Source of the DNA: a virus
Lineage: Duplodnaviria > Heunggongvirae > Uroviricota > Caudoviricetes
DNA: 31,378 bases
IMG/VR virus record: IMGVR_UViG_2648501787_000011
Location: 1 to 31,378 of that record
Reading direction: 5' to 3' (one strand)
Both the position numbers and the translations under genes were made by a program. Below the pieces are notes generated by a model. The model was not told the DNA's origin and ran no database searches. It was given only the letters and a program-made list of their open reading frames with translations. Shown in pieces: positions 1 to 8,644 of the stretch. Numbering within the stretch: position 1 is the first letter of the stretch; each line of letters begins with the position of its first letter.

Positions 1-567
1 CATATCACCCAGCATTAACGTGCCGGATGCACCCGATGAAAAAATATTGTCACCACTACCAATACTCACCTGAATTTTGTCAGTCCGGTCATCTGGTACA
101 TAAAACGATGTATTTCCAACTAATGAGCGGTTGCAGTACAGACTGGCTGAGACATAGCCGTTTTCGTTTCGCGTTGCGAAAATTTCATAGTAATAACTGG
201 CTGCTTCATCAGGATACGGGGTTGTAAATGAATAGCCATTAATCCTGATGTGGGATGGCGAAGATGAATATTTCTTTCCCGCACTTAATGTCAGACGAAA
301 TCCCAGCTGTACAGCTGAGGCTTTTAAGTCCGGAAGTGTGCTGTACAGTGTGACATATGAGGATGTCGTGAAAATCAGCCCCGTTCTTTCTACAGTATTT
401 ACGGCCTGAGTGCCACGACAGACGGATGTTACAGAACCGGACATATCATTGATAAGCGTGACACCGTTTTCGTTCAGTGCTGAAATAATATTTGTTGAAT
501 AATAGTTCTCGCACAATCCCTCATTCGCCGGAATTTGTCGAAAACTTTCGAGTTTAATAATATTCAA
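1..567 (-). CDS. Tail fibre / receptor-binding protein, N-terminal part (runs off window start)
   Basis: Minus-strand frame is open for 189 codons from TTG at 567..565 to position 1 (checked triplet by triplet, no stop). AAGGAG lies 7 nt upstream. Translation is S/T/N/G/Y-rich, AT-rich DNA, directly downstream of the gp48-like gene. Not in the ORF track because no in-window stop. Confidence 0.5.
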   Translation of the reverse strand, partial: MNIIKLESFRQIPANEGLCENYYSTNIISALNENGVTLINDMSGSVTSVCRGTQAVNTVERTGLIFTTSSYVTLYSTLPDLKASAVQLGFRLTLSAGKKYSSSPSHIRINGYSFTTPYPDEAASYYYEIFATRNENGYVSASLYCNRSLVGNTSFYVPDDRTDKIQVSIGSGDNIFSSGASGTLMLGDM

Positions 568-590
568 AGCGGCTCTCCTTTTATTTTATG

Positions 591-1565
591 TCATTCGGAC
601 GTGACCACAGCAAAATGCAGTCCCGGGTGATTAATCAATAACGGTTCACGGGTTCTGCTGGCTGTCTGCAACTGCATGCTGTTAACCGGTACGGGGGAGC
701 GGGTCCTGTATCCCGTCTGCAACTGTGCGCTGTTCATGGTCATGGGGTCCGTTGTCGGCAGACCTGAGTGCAATTGCGCCCTGCTGAGTACCAGTGGCTC
801 TGCCATCGGACGGGCGGCATAAAAGTTAATCCGGTTAATTGTCAGCGGCTTACCTGTCAGTGCCGGAACAAGTGCAAAATGCAGCCCTGCACGGTTAACC
901 GTTAACGGTTCTTCTGGTTTATATCCGGCCTGAATCTGTATGCGATTAACGGATAATGGCGGACCGGACACAGCCTCATCGTTACCATCGGTGTAAAAAA
1001 ACTCATACCCTGTTCCACCCATGCGGTAATTTTTCAGGAGACATTCCAGCTCGCGGGTGCGTCCGCTGATTAATGGTGTCATGACATCATCAACACAGGT
1101 AAAACGCCCGGCGTCGCTGTCCTGAACCTCCACTTTCAGCAGCCAGCGATACCGCGCCGGATGCAGCGGGTACATGCAGTCGCGCAGGCAGTGATGCGGC
1201 AGAACGGCCGTCACCTTGATGGTGAAGCCCAGCGCCGCAGCAGCGGCTTCAATCTGCCAGGTTGCCAGCCCACCCTTGCGGCGGTATTTCTCCACCACGG
1301 CACGACGGCGGGCTTCCGTTGTGGTGGCGGCAATTCCGCATTCCGGCAGCGCCAGATACTGCTCCCACTCCGGCAGCAGCTGGAGCGTGGTTTCCGGGCG
1401 CATCTCCACATGCAGACGCGAGGCGTCGTATTCAATGCGGGTTAAACGCGCTGCAAGCGCCCTTAAAAAACGGTTTAAATCCGCGTCGTTATCACGCGGC
1501 CATGCTTTACCCCGTGGCATGACCTGTTGCAGTGCGGTCAGCCATTCCGTCACGCTGTGAGCCAT
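591..1565 (-). CDS. Baseplate wedge protein, Mu gp48 / P2 gpI-like, with C-terminal tandem-repeat extension
   Basis: 324 aa, last gene of the baseplate block before the fibre ORF. Residues ~202-320 are seven repeats of ~17 aa with P-[LM]-x-[VI]-N-[RS] cores (PLSVNRIQIQAGY, PLTVNRAGLHFALV, PLTINRINFYAARP, PLVLSRAQLHSGL, PMTMNSAQLQTGY, PVPVNSMQLQTAS, PLLINHPGLHFAVV). Confidence 0.65.
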   Translation of the reverse strand: MAHSVTEWLTALQQVMPRGKAWPRDNDADLNRFLRALAARLTRIEYDASRLHVEMRPETTLQLLPEWEQYLALPECGIAATTTEARRRAVVEKYRRKGGLATWQIEAAAAALGFTIKVTAVLPHHCLRDCMYPLHPARYRWLLKVEVQDSDAGRFTCVDDVMTPLISGRTRELECLLKNYRMGGTGYEFFYTDGNDEAVSGPPLSVNRIQIQAGYKPEEPLTVNRAGLHFALVPALTGKPLTINRINFYAARPMAEPLVLSRAQLHSGLPTTDPMTMNSAQLQTGYRTRSPVPVNSMQLQTASRTREPLLINHPGLHFAVVTSE

Positions 1566-2626
1566 GTCACCTCCCCGATGGTGATAAGCTCATCCACATC
1601 ACTGGTGGTGTCTTCCCCGATGTTGAGAAAGTAATCTGTAATGCCGGATGTCATACCGATGGCCGTGCGCAGCGAGGACACCGGCAGCATCTGACCAGGG
1701 GCCAGCGTTTTCTGTAATGCGGTCAGGTTTGCCCGGACGGCGTTCCTGTTCGCCTGGCCGTCCGGTGTCAGACGGATGGACAGGTCGACTTTCTTCAGCC
1801 TGACCTGAACCGGCCAGACCTCAATGCCGCCCGGTTTGCCCACCATAACCCCAGTGGCCGGGTGTTTGTGGCAGAACAGATACTGCTCCATTGTCTTCAG
1901 GTCTTTGCGGGTCGGTACAATATCTTCACGATCATCGTAAAGCCATGCCAGTCCGACCGTGCCGGGGCCGTGCCACGCATCCCACGCCCACGCGCGGCTG
2001 ACGCCAGCCACTTCGCGAGCCCAGATGACGTAATCATGCAGAGCACCGCCCACCGGGGGATTGCGACGCACATACAGCAGACGGTCCAGCAGCTCCGCGA
2101 TGGATTCAGTGTCTGCGCCACCGGTGATGCCACCTTCAGCCACCACGCCTGCACTGGCCGTTCCGGGCAGCGGAGATAACAGGGTCAGCACGGCACCGGC
2201 AGCAAGATTACCCGCCACCCCGGCTTCTTCAGCCTGCACAATGACGGTGACCTCGCCGTCCCGTACCTCACCGGATGTGAGCACCTGGTACACCTGATTC
2301 GTGTCGGACTGCATCCGTGTTTCAGCCGGAAGGAGAGACTGACTGGTGAAGGTCACCGGCCCGCTGGCAAAGGTGGCCTGTTTGCGGATAACCCCTTCAT
2401 ACGTTGCTGTTTTGATAATGGTTTCATCATCAGACGTGGCGGACGGGATTATCTGGTCCTTAATCCAGCTCTGATGGTCGTATAAATCCCGGACCTGACT
2501 GCTGAATGACACGTTCAGCGCCTGCTCAACACTGACAGGCGGCAGCTTTTGCAGGCCGAGTTCATACGCAATATCTTTTTCGCCGTCGGCAATCAGTTTG
2601 CCCAGCGTGGGGATTTCATACGGCAT
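1550..2626 (-). CDS. Baseplate protein, Mu gp47 / P2 gpJ-like
   Basis: 358 aa; position between gp46-like and gp48-like ORFs; start overlaps upstream gene stop. Confidence 0.7.
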   Translation of the reverse strand: MPYEIPTLGKLIADGEKDIAYELGLQKLPPVSVEQALNVSFSSQVRDLYDHQSWIKDQIIPSATSDDETIIKTATYEGVIRKQATFASGPVTFTSQSLLPAETRMQSDTNQVYQVLTSGEVRDGEVTVIVQAEEAGVAGNLAAGAVLTLLSPLPGTASAGVVAEGGITGGADTESIAELLDRLLYVRRNPPVGGALHDYVIWAREVAGVSRAWAWDAWHGPGTVGLAWLYDDREDIVPTRKDLKTMEQYLFCHKHPATGVMVGKPGGIEVWPVQVRLKKVDLSIRLTPDGQANRNAVRANLTALQKTLAPGQMLPVSSLRTAIGMTSGITDYFLNIGEDTTSDVDELITIGEVTWLTA

Positions 2627-3068
2627 TAATGGTGGCCTCCCATCGACGGGTGATTTCGATTGTGAGCGTGGTTTTGTCCGGGCGGGTTAACACCACCTGA
2701 AAGGCAATACAGTCAGGGACGATGATTCTGGCCGTGACAGTGGCGTTACGGGCGTAACCGGCCCGCAGCAGCGGTTGCATGGACAGCCGTGCGTAATCTT
2801 CCACGCGCAGGCGGACATCTTCCGTCAGCTTTTCACGCTCAAGCAGCCACAGGCGGGAACCCCACGAAAAATCGCTGTATGTGTCGCCCGGCCAGCCACG
2901 CGGGTCGCCGGAACCATCAGGGATGACATCATCGTCATCAGCGCGGGCATCGGTGAAAAGGCAGATAAGAACCTGAGTGACCAGCCCCTCATCCCGTGAG
3001 AGGCCGTTATGGGTGACGGTGATGTCACCCCGTGAGAGCATGTTATTCCAGCGGATTCCTGTCGTCAT
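2616..3068 (-). CDS. Baseplate protein, Mu gp46 / P2 gpW-like
   Basis: 150 aa; position between spike and gp47-like gene; size typical of gpW/gp25 family. Confidence 0.6.
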   Translation of the reverse strand: MTTGIRWNNMLSRGDITVTHNGLSRDEGLVTQVLICLFTDARADDDDVIPDGSGDPRGWPGDTYSDFSWGSRLWLLEREKLTEDVRLRVEDYARLSMQPLLRAGYARNATVTARIIVPDCIAFQVVLTRPDKTTLTIEITRRWEATINAV

Positions 3069-3601
3069 ACGGGCGGTGATGTCTTCTCATTGTCGCCGTC
3101 CTTATGAATATGATTGCTGAAAGATTTACCGTTGATGGTGACATCTTCAGTAAATTCACAGGGACCGACGAATTTCATTTGTTTACCGATAATATTCAGC
3201 AATTCGTCGGCGGTGAGATTTACCGTTTTCCCTGAAACGTCTAATTGTTCCCCTGTTATTTCAATAACGCCGTTTTCCTTCAGGGTAATGTGTGATTTTC
3301 CGTCCCGGTGATACAGCCGGACGTCGCCGGGGGACAGGTCTTTAGGGCGACATCGCTTGTCCTCCACTGCGATGGCAACCAGCCCGTCACGCCGTCCGCC
3401 AACGGCCAGCACTATGGCTTCTGAACCTTCCGGCGGAACGGAAGTAAAACCGTAATTCTGGAAGCGTTCCACGTCGTCATCGGTGGCATCTGCCAGCGTC
3501 TGGATTTGCAGGTTCTGCCGCTCCAGACTGTCAGACACCATGCGGACAATGGCACGGTCAACCATCAGCCGCAGACGGCGGGTAATTGCGCTTAATCCCA
3601 T
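3065..3601 (-). CDS. Baseplate central spike, Mu gp45 / P2 gpV-like
   Basis: 178 aa; contains QNYGFTSVPPEGSEAIVLAVGG segment typical of gpV-type spike N-terminal domains; follows hub gene. Confidence 0.7.
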   Translation of the reverse strand: MGLSAITRRLRLMVDRAIVRMVSDSLERQNLQIQTLADATDDDVERFQNYGFTSVPPEGSEAIVLAVGGRRDGLVAIAVEDKRCRPKDLSPGDVRLYHRDGKSHITLKENGVIEITGEQLDVSGKTVNLTADELLNIIGKQMKFVGPCEFTEDVTINGKSFSNHIHKDGDNEKTSPPV

Positions 3602-4665
3602 GTGGCCACCGCTTTTGCTGATTTCTTCGTTTTCACTTTCATTTCCGGCATGTCCAGTGATTCAGGCGGAACCAGCGCCAGAACCGTTATCCGCCCCTGT
3701 GCACCATCCGTCCAGGTCACCCCGGATATCAACCAGGTGGTTTTCAGGTTCTGAATACTGTCGTCGATATCAACAAGGCGGTTGGTCTGCCACAGCGGGC
3801 CGCTGTCGCCCCGTTCGCGCCAGCCTGCCACCGTGATTTCCGTCGTGCGGGCCTCTCCCAGCATCCGGGCTTTGAACCATTCCCCGCGAATGCTGGCTCC
3901 ACCCACGGTCAGACTGTCTTCATTGACCAGAATGCGCGGGCGGTAACGGTTAATTTCCGGGTCTTCGGTGATGTACTGGCGACCGCCCACCATCGAGGCA
4001 GGCTGGCTGTCCCACAGTTTGCCACCGGCACTGGTGGTGCCCTTGATGATGTACTGACTGTTACGCTCCCGCCAGCTGAAGCGCCCACGGGCGGCGAGGA
4101 TATTTTTTCCCAGCACCAGTGAGACACCTGCGCGAACGGAAGAGGCGCGGGTGATAATCAGGTTACCCCCTCCGTCAGACGTCAGCAGAACGCCGCGCTG
4201 TTTTGCCAGCCGGTCGAGCAGTTCAAAGCCCGTTTCACCCTGTTCCAGAACGACAGACGCAAACGCCTCCCCGGTCGGGGTTTCCGTGATGACGGTTATC
4301 CCGAACGGGCGGCAGACATCAGCCGCCACCTGTTCAAGCCGCACGCCTTTCCATTTCCCGGACGAATGCACCACAGAGCAGTCCACCAGGTCACCGGTTT
4401 TGTCGCGCCCCATGACGCGAATCTCCACGTTTTCTGCGTCATAGCTGGGAATAAAATCATCGATATACCCCGTCAGCACGGTATCCGCGCCCAGCCTGAC
4501 CGTGCAGGGTTGCCCCTCACGAATCACGCGCGGTGCCGCCGCTGACCAGCGGGTTGTCACACTGAGATCAAACTCACCGGCAATCGCCTTCAGGGAACGA
4601 CTGACGGACATTTCCGTCCAGCCTTCCCACAATTTGCCGTCAACGGTAAGAATCACGGAGCCCAT
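3592..4665 (-). CDS. Baseplate hub protein, Mu gp44 (P)-like
   Basis: 357 aa; position after gp43-like gene; 1-nt start/stop overlap with upstream ORF. Confidence 0.65.
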   Translation of the reverse strand: MGSVILTVDGKLWEGWTEMSVSRSLKAIAGEFDLSVTTRWSAAAPRVIREGQPCTVRLGADTVLTGYIDDFIPSYDAENVEIRVMGRDKTGDLVDCSVVHSSGKWKGVRLEQVAADVCRPFGITVITETPTGEAFASVVLEQGETGFELLDRLAKQRGVLLTSDGGGNLIITRASSVRAGVSLVLGKNILAARGRFSWRERNSQYIIKGTTSAGGKLWDSQPASMVGGRQYITEDPEINRYRPRILVNEDSLTVGGASIRGEWFKARMLGEARTTEITVAGWRERGDSGPLWQTNRLVDIDDSIQNLKTTWLISGVTWTDGAQGRITVLALVPPESLDMPEMKVKTKKSAKAVATWD

Positions 4666-5939
4666 CAGTCGGTAATCTCCACAGGTTGCGTTGGCAGTAT
4701 GAATGACGGATGGCGCAGGCGGTTACGCTGCACGATTTCATCCCGTCGGCTGGTGTCACCATGCTCGCGCCATGCCAGCAATGCGGCAGATGTGGTTGTG
4801 GTCAGCGTCACCTGCCGGGTTTCCGGCAGACGGGCGGCACGCTCGCGGGCATCCGTAATCACGGCCTGCCGTAAATCACGCAGCGTTCGCCACAATGCCC
4901 GCTGGTTATTTTCCACCGCCGCGACCGCCTGCTCATGCAGTTCAGCCGCCAGCGCGTCACCGGCAGATAATGCCGCATCACTGGTATCGAACGTCATCGA
5001 GGCCACGGCACTGGCCTGTCCCAGCAGGGTTTCCAGCACAACCACCTGGCGGAAGTCGTCAATGTTCTTCTGCAGGCTGTCAGATACCGGCTGATAATCC
5101 GCTGACAGCCCGATGGCAAAGCCGATTTCACCGTCTGCCACGCTGCCGGGCTTCACGGTGATATCTTCCGGCAGTGCGCCAGTGGCAACCTGTCGGGCGC
5201 GTTCTCCGGCCCACTGGTTGCGTAATGTCGTGTAAACCGCCAGTGCTTCGGGTGATTCCGTCACCAGATCAACCACGCCGTCAATGAGCAAGGACAGCTC
5301 ACTGACCAGACGACCCGGCGTGGCAATAATGGTTCCGGCCATCTCCTTAAAATGGTTCAGCCTGTCCATCCACTGATTCAGTGCCGTCGGTAACGTGGGC
5401 AGGTTGGCCACAAGGTTTTCCATATCGGCCAGAAAGCTGTCGGCCATCTCACCCAGCCCGTCAGGTGCACCGAACCAGTTGCCATCGTCAATGGCCGCTT
5501 TTACCGCATCAATGCCCGTCAGCACTTCCTGCTGCGTGTTATCCGCCGCAGACGGGAACAGACGCTCGCCTGCCTCAAACACTTCAAATGTGACATACGC
5601 AATGCCGTCTTCCTCCGTGCTGAGGCGATGGGTGACCTTGCCAACCTGTACGGTCTGTATCCCGAACCACGGATGGATAAGCTCGCCGGGGCCGGGGGTA
5701 TTGAGCGCATCTAAAAGGGCGTTTAAATCAGCCTGGAAGTTGCTACCCAACAGCTTCGCGTTAATCTGCTGTTGCCCCGGAACGGCCCCGTTATCATCCG
5801 TCCAGGCGGTTTCACGCCGGGGATAAGCACGGGGAATGGCACGACGGCCACCTGTGCCTTCCGTATCCACCAGAAAAAAAGGGACACCGCGAAACGAGGC
5901 GTCGCGCAGCCCGTCCCATTTGCCTTTGCTTGTTGTCAT
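4665..5939 (-). CDS. DNA circularisation protein N, Mu gp43-like
   Basis: 424 aa; immediately downstream of tape-measure gene, as in Mu. Confidence 0.65.
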   Translation of the reverse strand: MTTSKGKWDGLRDASFRGVPFFLVDTEGTGGRRAIPRAYPRRETAWTDDNGAVPGQQQINAKLLGSNFQADLNALLDALNTPGPGELIHPWFGIQTVQVGKVTHRLSTEEDGIAYVTFEVFEAGERLFPSAADNTQQEVLTGIDAVKAAIDDGNWFGAPDGLGEMADSFLADMENLVANLPTLPTALNQWMDRLNHFKEMAGTIIATPGRLVSELSLLIDGVVDLVTESPEALAVYTTLRNQWAGERARQVATGALPEDITVKPGSVADGEIGFAIGLSADYQPVSDSLQKNIDDFRQVVVLETLLGQASAVASMTFDTSDAALSAGDALAAELHEQAVAAVENNQRALWRTLRDLRQAVITDARERAARLPETRQVTLTTTTSAALLAWREHGDTSRRDEIVQRNRLRHPSFILPTQPVEITD

Positions 5940-7795
5940 TACCCTTGCTCCACGCTGGTGACGCCAGCCTGCGCACTGAGTCTGACGCCGGGTTGATCCA
6001 CTCTGACGCTTTTCACGCGGGCGTCACCTTCCACCACCACACGGATTTCCCCCTGCAATTGCTGCGGAAGGAAAGGATAATTCTGTGTGGGTTGCATACC
6101 TGCCCACGGTCGCGGGTCGGCAATGTTCTTGTCACCCAGCGAATTGAACCAGTCTGTTACCTTACGCCAGACGGATTCCAGTGCTTTCTGGTTGTCCTGG
6201 CTTTGTTGCGCGAACTCGCGCTCCCACGGGCTGGCGTCAGTGGCACCGGCAACGGATTTAGTGAGCGTGTCAACCTCGCCCGGCAGGGCGTGTTGCGTGG
6301 TCAGAAAATCGTAAAATTCCAGACCAGCAGCAATGATGCCTGCACCTTTACCTGCCTTTCCTCCACGGTTCCCCGGACCTTGTGGATTGCTGGAGTTACG
6401 GGGATTGCGCGATGAATCCGGCGCATCCGGCAAACCACCGGTATTGCCATTCATCCCGCCGTTGCCCATGTTGACCACATAAACCGGCATCACACCGGAG
6501 CCGAAAACATCCGTAATGCCGCCGGGTATCCCTTTGCCTTTCTCTTTGGGATTCATGATGTCGTGAATGGTTTTACCGAACTGGTACGTCTTTCTGATGG
6601 CGATAATGCCACCCAGCGCGATCGCCATATACTTACCGACCTGCAACCAGTTCTGGACAGTGTTCTGGTCCACGCTGTTGAGCGCATCAGCCAGTTCCTG
6701 AACGGGCTTTGCCAGTTGTCCTTCAGCAAAACGTTGCCATTCGTTATTCAGTGATTGCATTGCAGCATTAAAGCCTTCGGCATTGGTCTGTGCGGCCTTT
6801 TGCGTGGAACCCAGATCAATCGTGCCGTAAATCATTTGTTCCATCAGTTGCCGGTTTTCAGGGTTGAGCAGCGCCTTAATCCCCTGCATCCCGGTCAGAT
6901 CAAACACATCCTGAAGTTTCAGCGGGTCGTATTTGGCCCGTTTAAGGATTTCCATCATCAGCTCATAGGGCTTTTTGATGTCTTTTGTGCCTTTGACAAA
7001 AACGTCAATGCCGTTTTTTTTCAGGAACTCAATGTTCTTTTTGTCCGACAGGGAGGCATACATGGCCTGAATACTGGTTACCGTCTCATCAATGCTGCCT
7101 TTGTTTTTGGCGAACACCTGAGCAAATGCCCCCATCTGGGCAATGGCTTCCGGTCCCTGATCCTGAATGATGGAAAACAGTTTCGGGGCAGCGCGGGCAA
7201 CATCGGCAACGCTGACAGACCCCACTGCGAACTGCGAATACAGCCTGTCCATCATGTTATTGACCGCATCAGCACCCCGAACGTTTTTTTCCCAGAACTG
7301 GGCCATCAGCCCGGCTGCAACCTGTCCGTCAACACCGAACGCCTGCATCATCAACCCCATGTTGCGGAGGTTGTCCACCACATACTGATAATCACCGGTT
7401 TTCCCCAGAAGTTCGCTGGCCCCCTGACCAAGCGCAGAGGCATCAATACGAATATCTTTCTGGTTCGATACATCCCTGATTTTGTCGTGAAGCGTCTTTA
7501 CCTGTTCAGTGGTTAACTGGGCATCCGTACCCATCCGGCGCATCTGCGCATCAAAATCGGCAACCTGTTTGATAGTAAGACTACTGCCAAGCCCGGCTAT
7601 CATTGCCGTGTAGCGGTTACCCAGCACGTCGAGGCCACGTGTGGCAGATTCCGTAGTGGCTTTAACAAGGCGCATAGCCTTCTGATGGTTCCGGGCGAAC
7701 TGCGACATGTTTGCGCCGTATTGCCGGGCTTTGGCGGTCAGGTTCCCGGCAAGGTTGATCATGATTTCCGTGCTGAGACGGTTACCTGTTGCCAT
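5939..7795 (-). CDS. Tail tape measure protein, Mu gp42-like
   Basis: 618 aa; long Gly/Asn-rich low-complexity segment; preceded by chaperone ORF pair; position between tube/chaperone and baseplate genes. Confidence 0.85.
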   Translation of the reverse strand: MATGNRLSTEIMINLAGNLTAKARQYGANMSQFARNHQKAMRLVKATTESATRGLDVLGNRYTAMIAGLGSSLTIKQVADFDAQMRRMGTDAQLTTEQVKTLHDKIRDVSNQKDIRIDASALGQGASELLGKTGDYQYVVDNLRNMGLMMQAFGVDGQVAAGLMAQFWEKNVRGADAVNNMMDRLYSQFAVGSVSVADVARAAPKLFSIIQDQGPEAIAQMGAFAQVFAKNKGSIDETVTSIQAMYASLSDKKNIEFLKKNGIDVFVKGTKDIKKPYELMMEILKRAKYDPLKLQDVFDLTGMQGIKALLNPENRQLMEQMIYGTIDLGSTQKAAQTNAEGFNAAMQSLNNEWQRFAEGQLAKPVQELADALNSVDQNTVQNWLQVGKYMAIALGGIIAIRKTYQFGKTIHDIMNPKEKGKGIPGGITDVFGSGVMPVYVVNMGNGGMNGNTGGLPDAPDSSRNPRNSSNPQGPGNRGGKAGKGAGIIAAGLEFYDFLTTQHALPGEVDTLTKSVAGATDASPWEREFAQQSQDNQKALESVWRKVTDWFNSLGDKNIADPRPWAGMQPTQNYPFLPQQLQGEIRVVVEGDARVKSVRVDQPGVRLSAQAGVTSVEQG

Positions 7796-7991
7796 GCTGT
7801 TTCTCCAGTTGCTTTATCAGGCGGAACAGCTGCCGCAGGGGCAGCTGTTCCAGGTACTGAATGCTGAATCGCGAAGACAGGTTAACCAGCAGGTTCATCA
7901 GTGCCGCCGCCAGCGGCATCAGTTCGCCCCCGCGTTGCCACCTCCTCAAGCATTTCATCCAGCGCAGCGGCTTTCGTGCTGATAAGTTCAA
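7782..7991 (-). CDS. Candidate frameshift extension of tail assembly chaperone (alternate-frame ORF)
   Basis: Open frame, +1 relative to the chaperone ORF, overlaps its 3' end and ends 14 nt inside the tape-measure start. Region contains GCGGGGGCG (minus strand; C-run at 7927-7931 on plus). Unlikely to start independently at the track Met. Confidence 0.4.
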   Translation of the reverse strand: MNLSARKPLRWMKCLRRWQRGGELMPLAAALMNLLVNLSSRFSIQYLEQLPLRQLFRLIKQLEKQHGNR

Positions 7992-8277
7992 GGTCTGCCG
8001 GGTGGAGCATTCGCAGCTGTTTCATGTCCAGCGGGCCGGGGATATTACCGATTGACGCAACCTGACGGCGCATCATCTCCAGCCCCATCAGCACTTCCGA
8101 GCAGTAAGCCACCGCCTTTCCGTTCCCGCCCATGACGACGCGTTCTGCGGCCAGTTGCGCATCAATCACGTCACTGGCGGTCAGTTCGCGCAGTTTCACG
8201 GTTTTATGCAGGGTTTCATCTGCCGTGCCTTTGCCGGTCAGAAGCCCGTGTTTCAGTTCAAATTCCATTGCGGCCAT
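7882..8277 (-). CDS. Tail assembly chaperone, Mu gp41-like
   Basis: 131 aa acidic protein between tube and tape measure, with overlapping alternate-frame ORF downstream. Confidence 0.65.
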   Translation of the reverse strand: MAAMEFELKHGLLTGKGTADETLHKTVKLRELTASDVIDAQLAAERVVMGGNGKAVAYCSEVLMGLEMMRRQVASIGNIPGPLDMKQLRMLHPADLELISTKAAALDEMLEEVATRGRTDAAGGGTDEPAG

Positions 8278-8278
8278 G

Positions 8279-8635
8279 TCACACCTTCACGCATTTTTCA
8301 CCGATAAAGTTCGCACTGATGGTGCCGGAATCCTCGTCCAGCTCCGCCGGGTTATCCGTGGCTGAACCCGTCATCATGTAGTTCAGGCCGTTGTCGCCGT
8401 AGAACATCACCGTGACGTCTTCCCAGCTGCTGATTTCAATCACGTCCATATCCGCTGCTGCCGCAATGGTCACCTTGATGGACGGCGAGGCCATCTTGCT
8501 GGAGATGCCCCAGACCTTGCCGCCGCCCATATGCTGGGTGCGGCTGAAGCCGCCCGGATTCAGTATGGATTTCCCCTCGGTTTTAATTTCGCGGCCATTC
8601 ACGCGAATGGTCGCCATGCCAAGAATTTTTGCCAT
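8279..8635 (-). CDS. Tail tube protein, Mu gp40 (M)-like
   Basis: 118 aa, directly downstream of sheath gene. Confidence 0.8.
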   Translation of the reverse strand: MAKILGMATIRVNGREIKTEGKSILNPGGFSRTQHMGGGKVWGISSKMASPSIKVTIAAAADMDVIEISSWEDVTVMFYGDNGLNYMMTGSATDNPAELDEDSGTISANFIGEKCVKV

Positions 8636-8644
8636 GCGGCCCCC

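Noticed and set aside
27-227. 66-aa plus-strand ORF at the window start
   Set aside because: Overlaps the uninterrupted 189-codon minus-strand fibre ORF, which has a proper RBS.
6755-7516. 253-aa plus-strand ORF
   Set aside because: Antisense to the tape-measure gene; no RBS context; shadow ORF.
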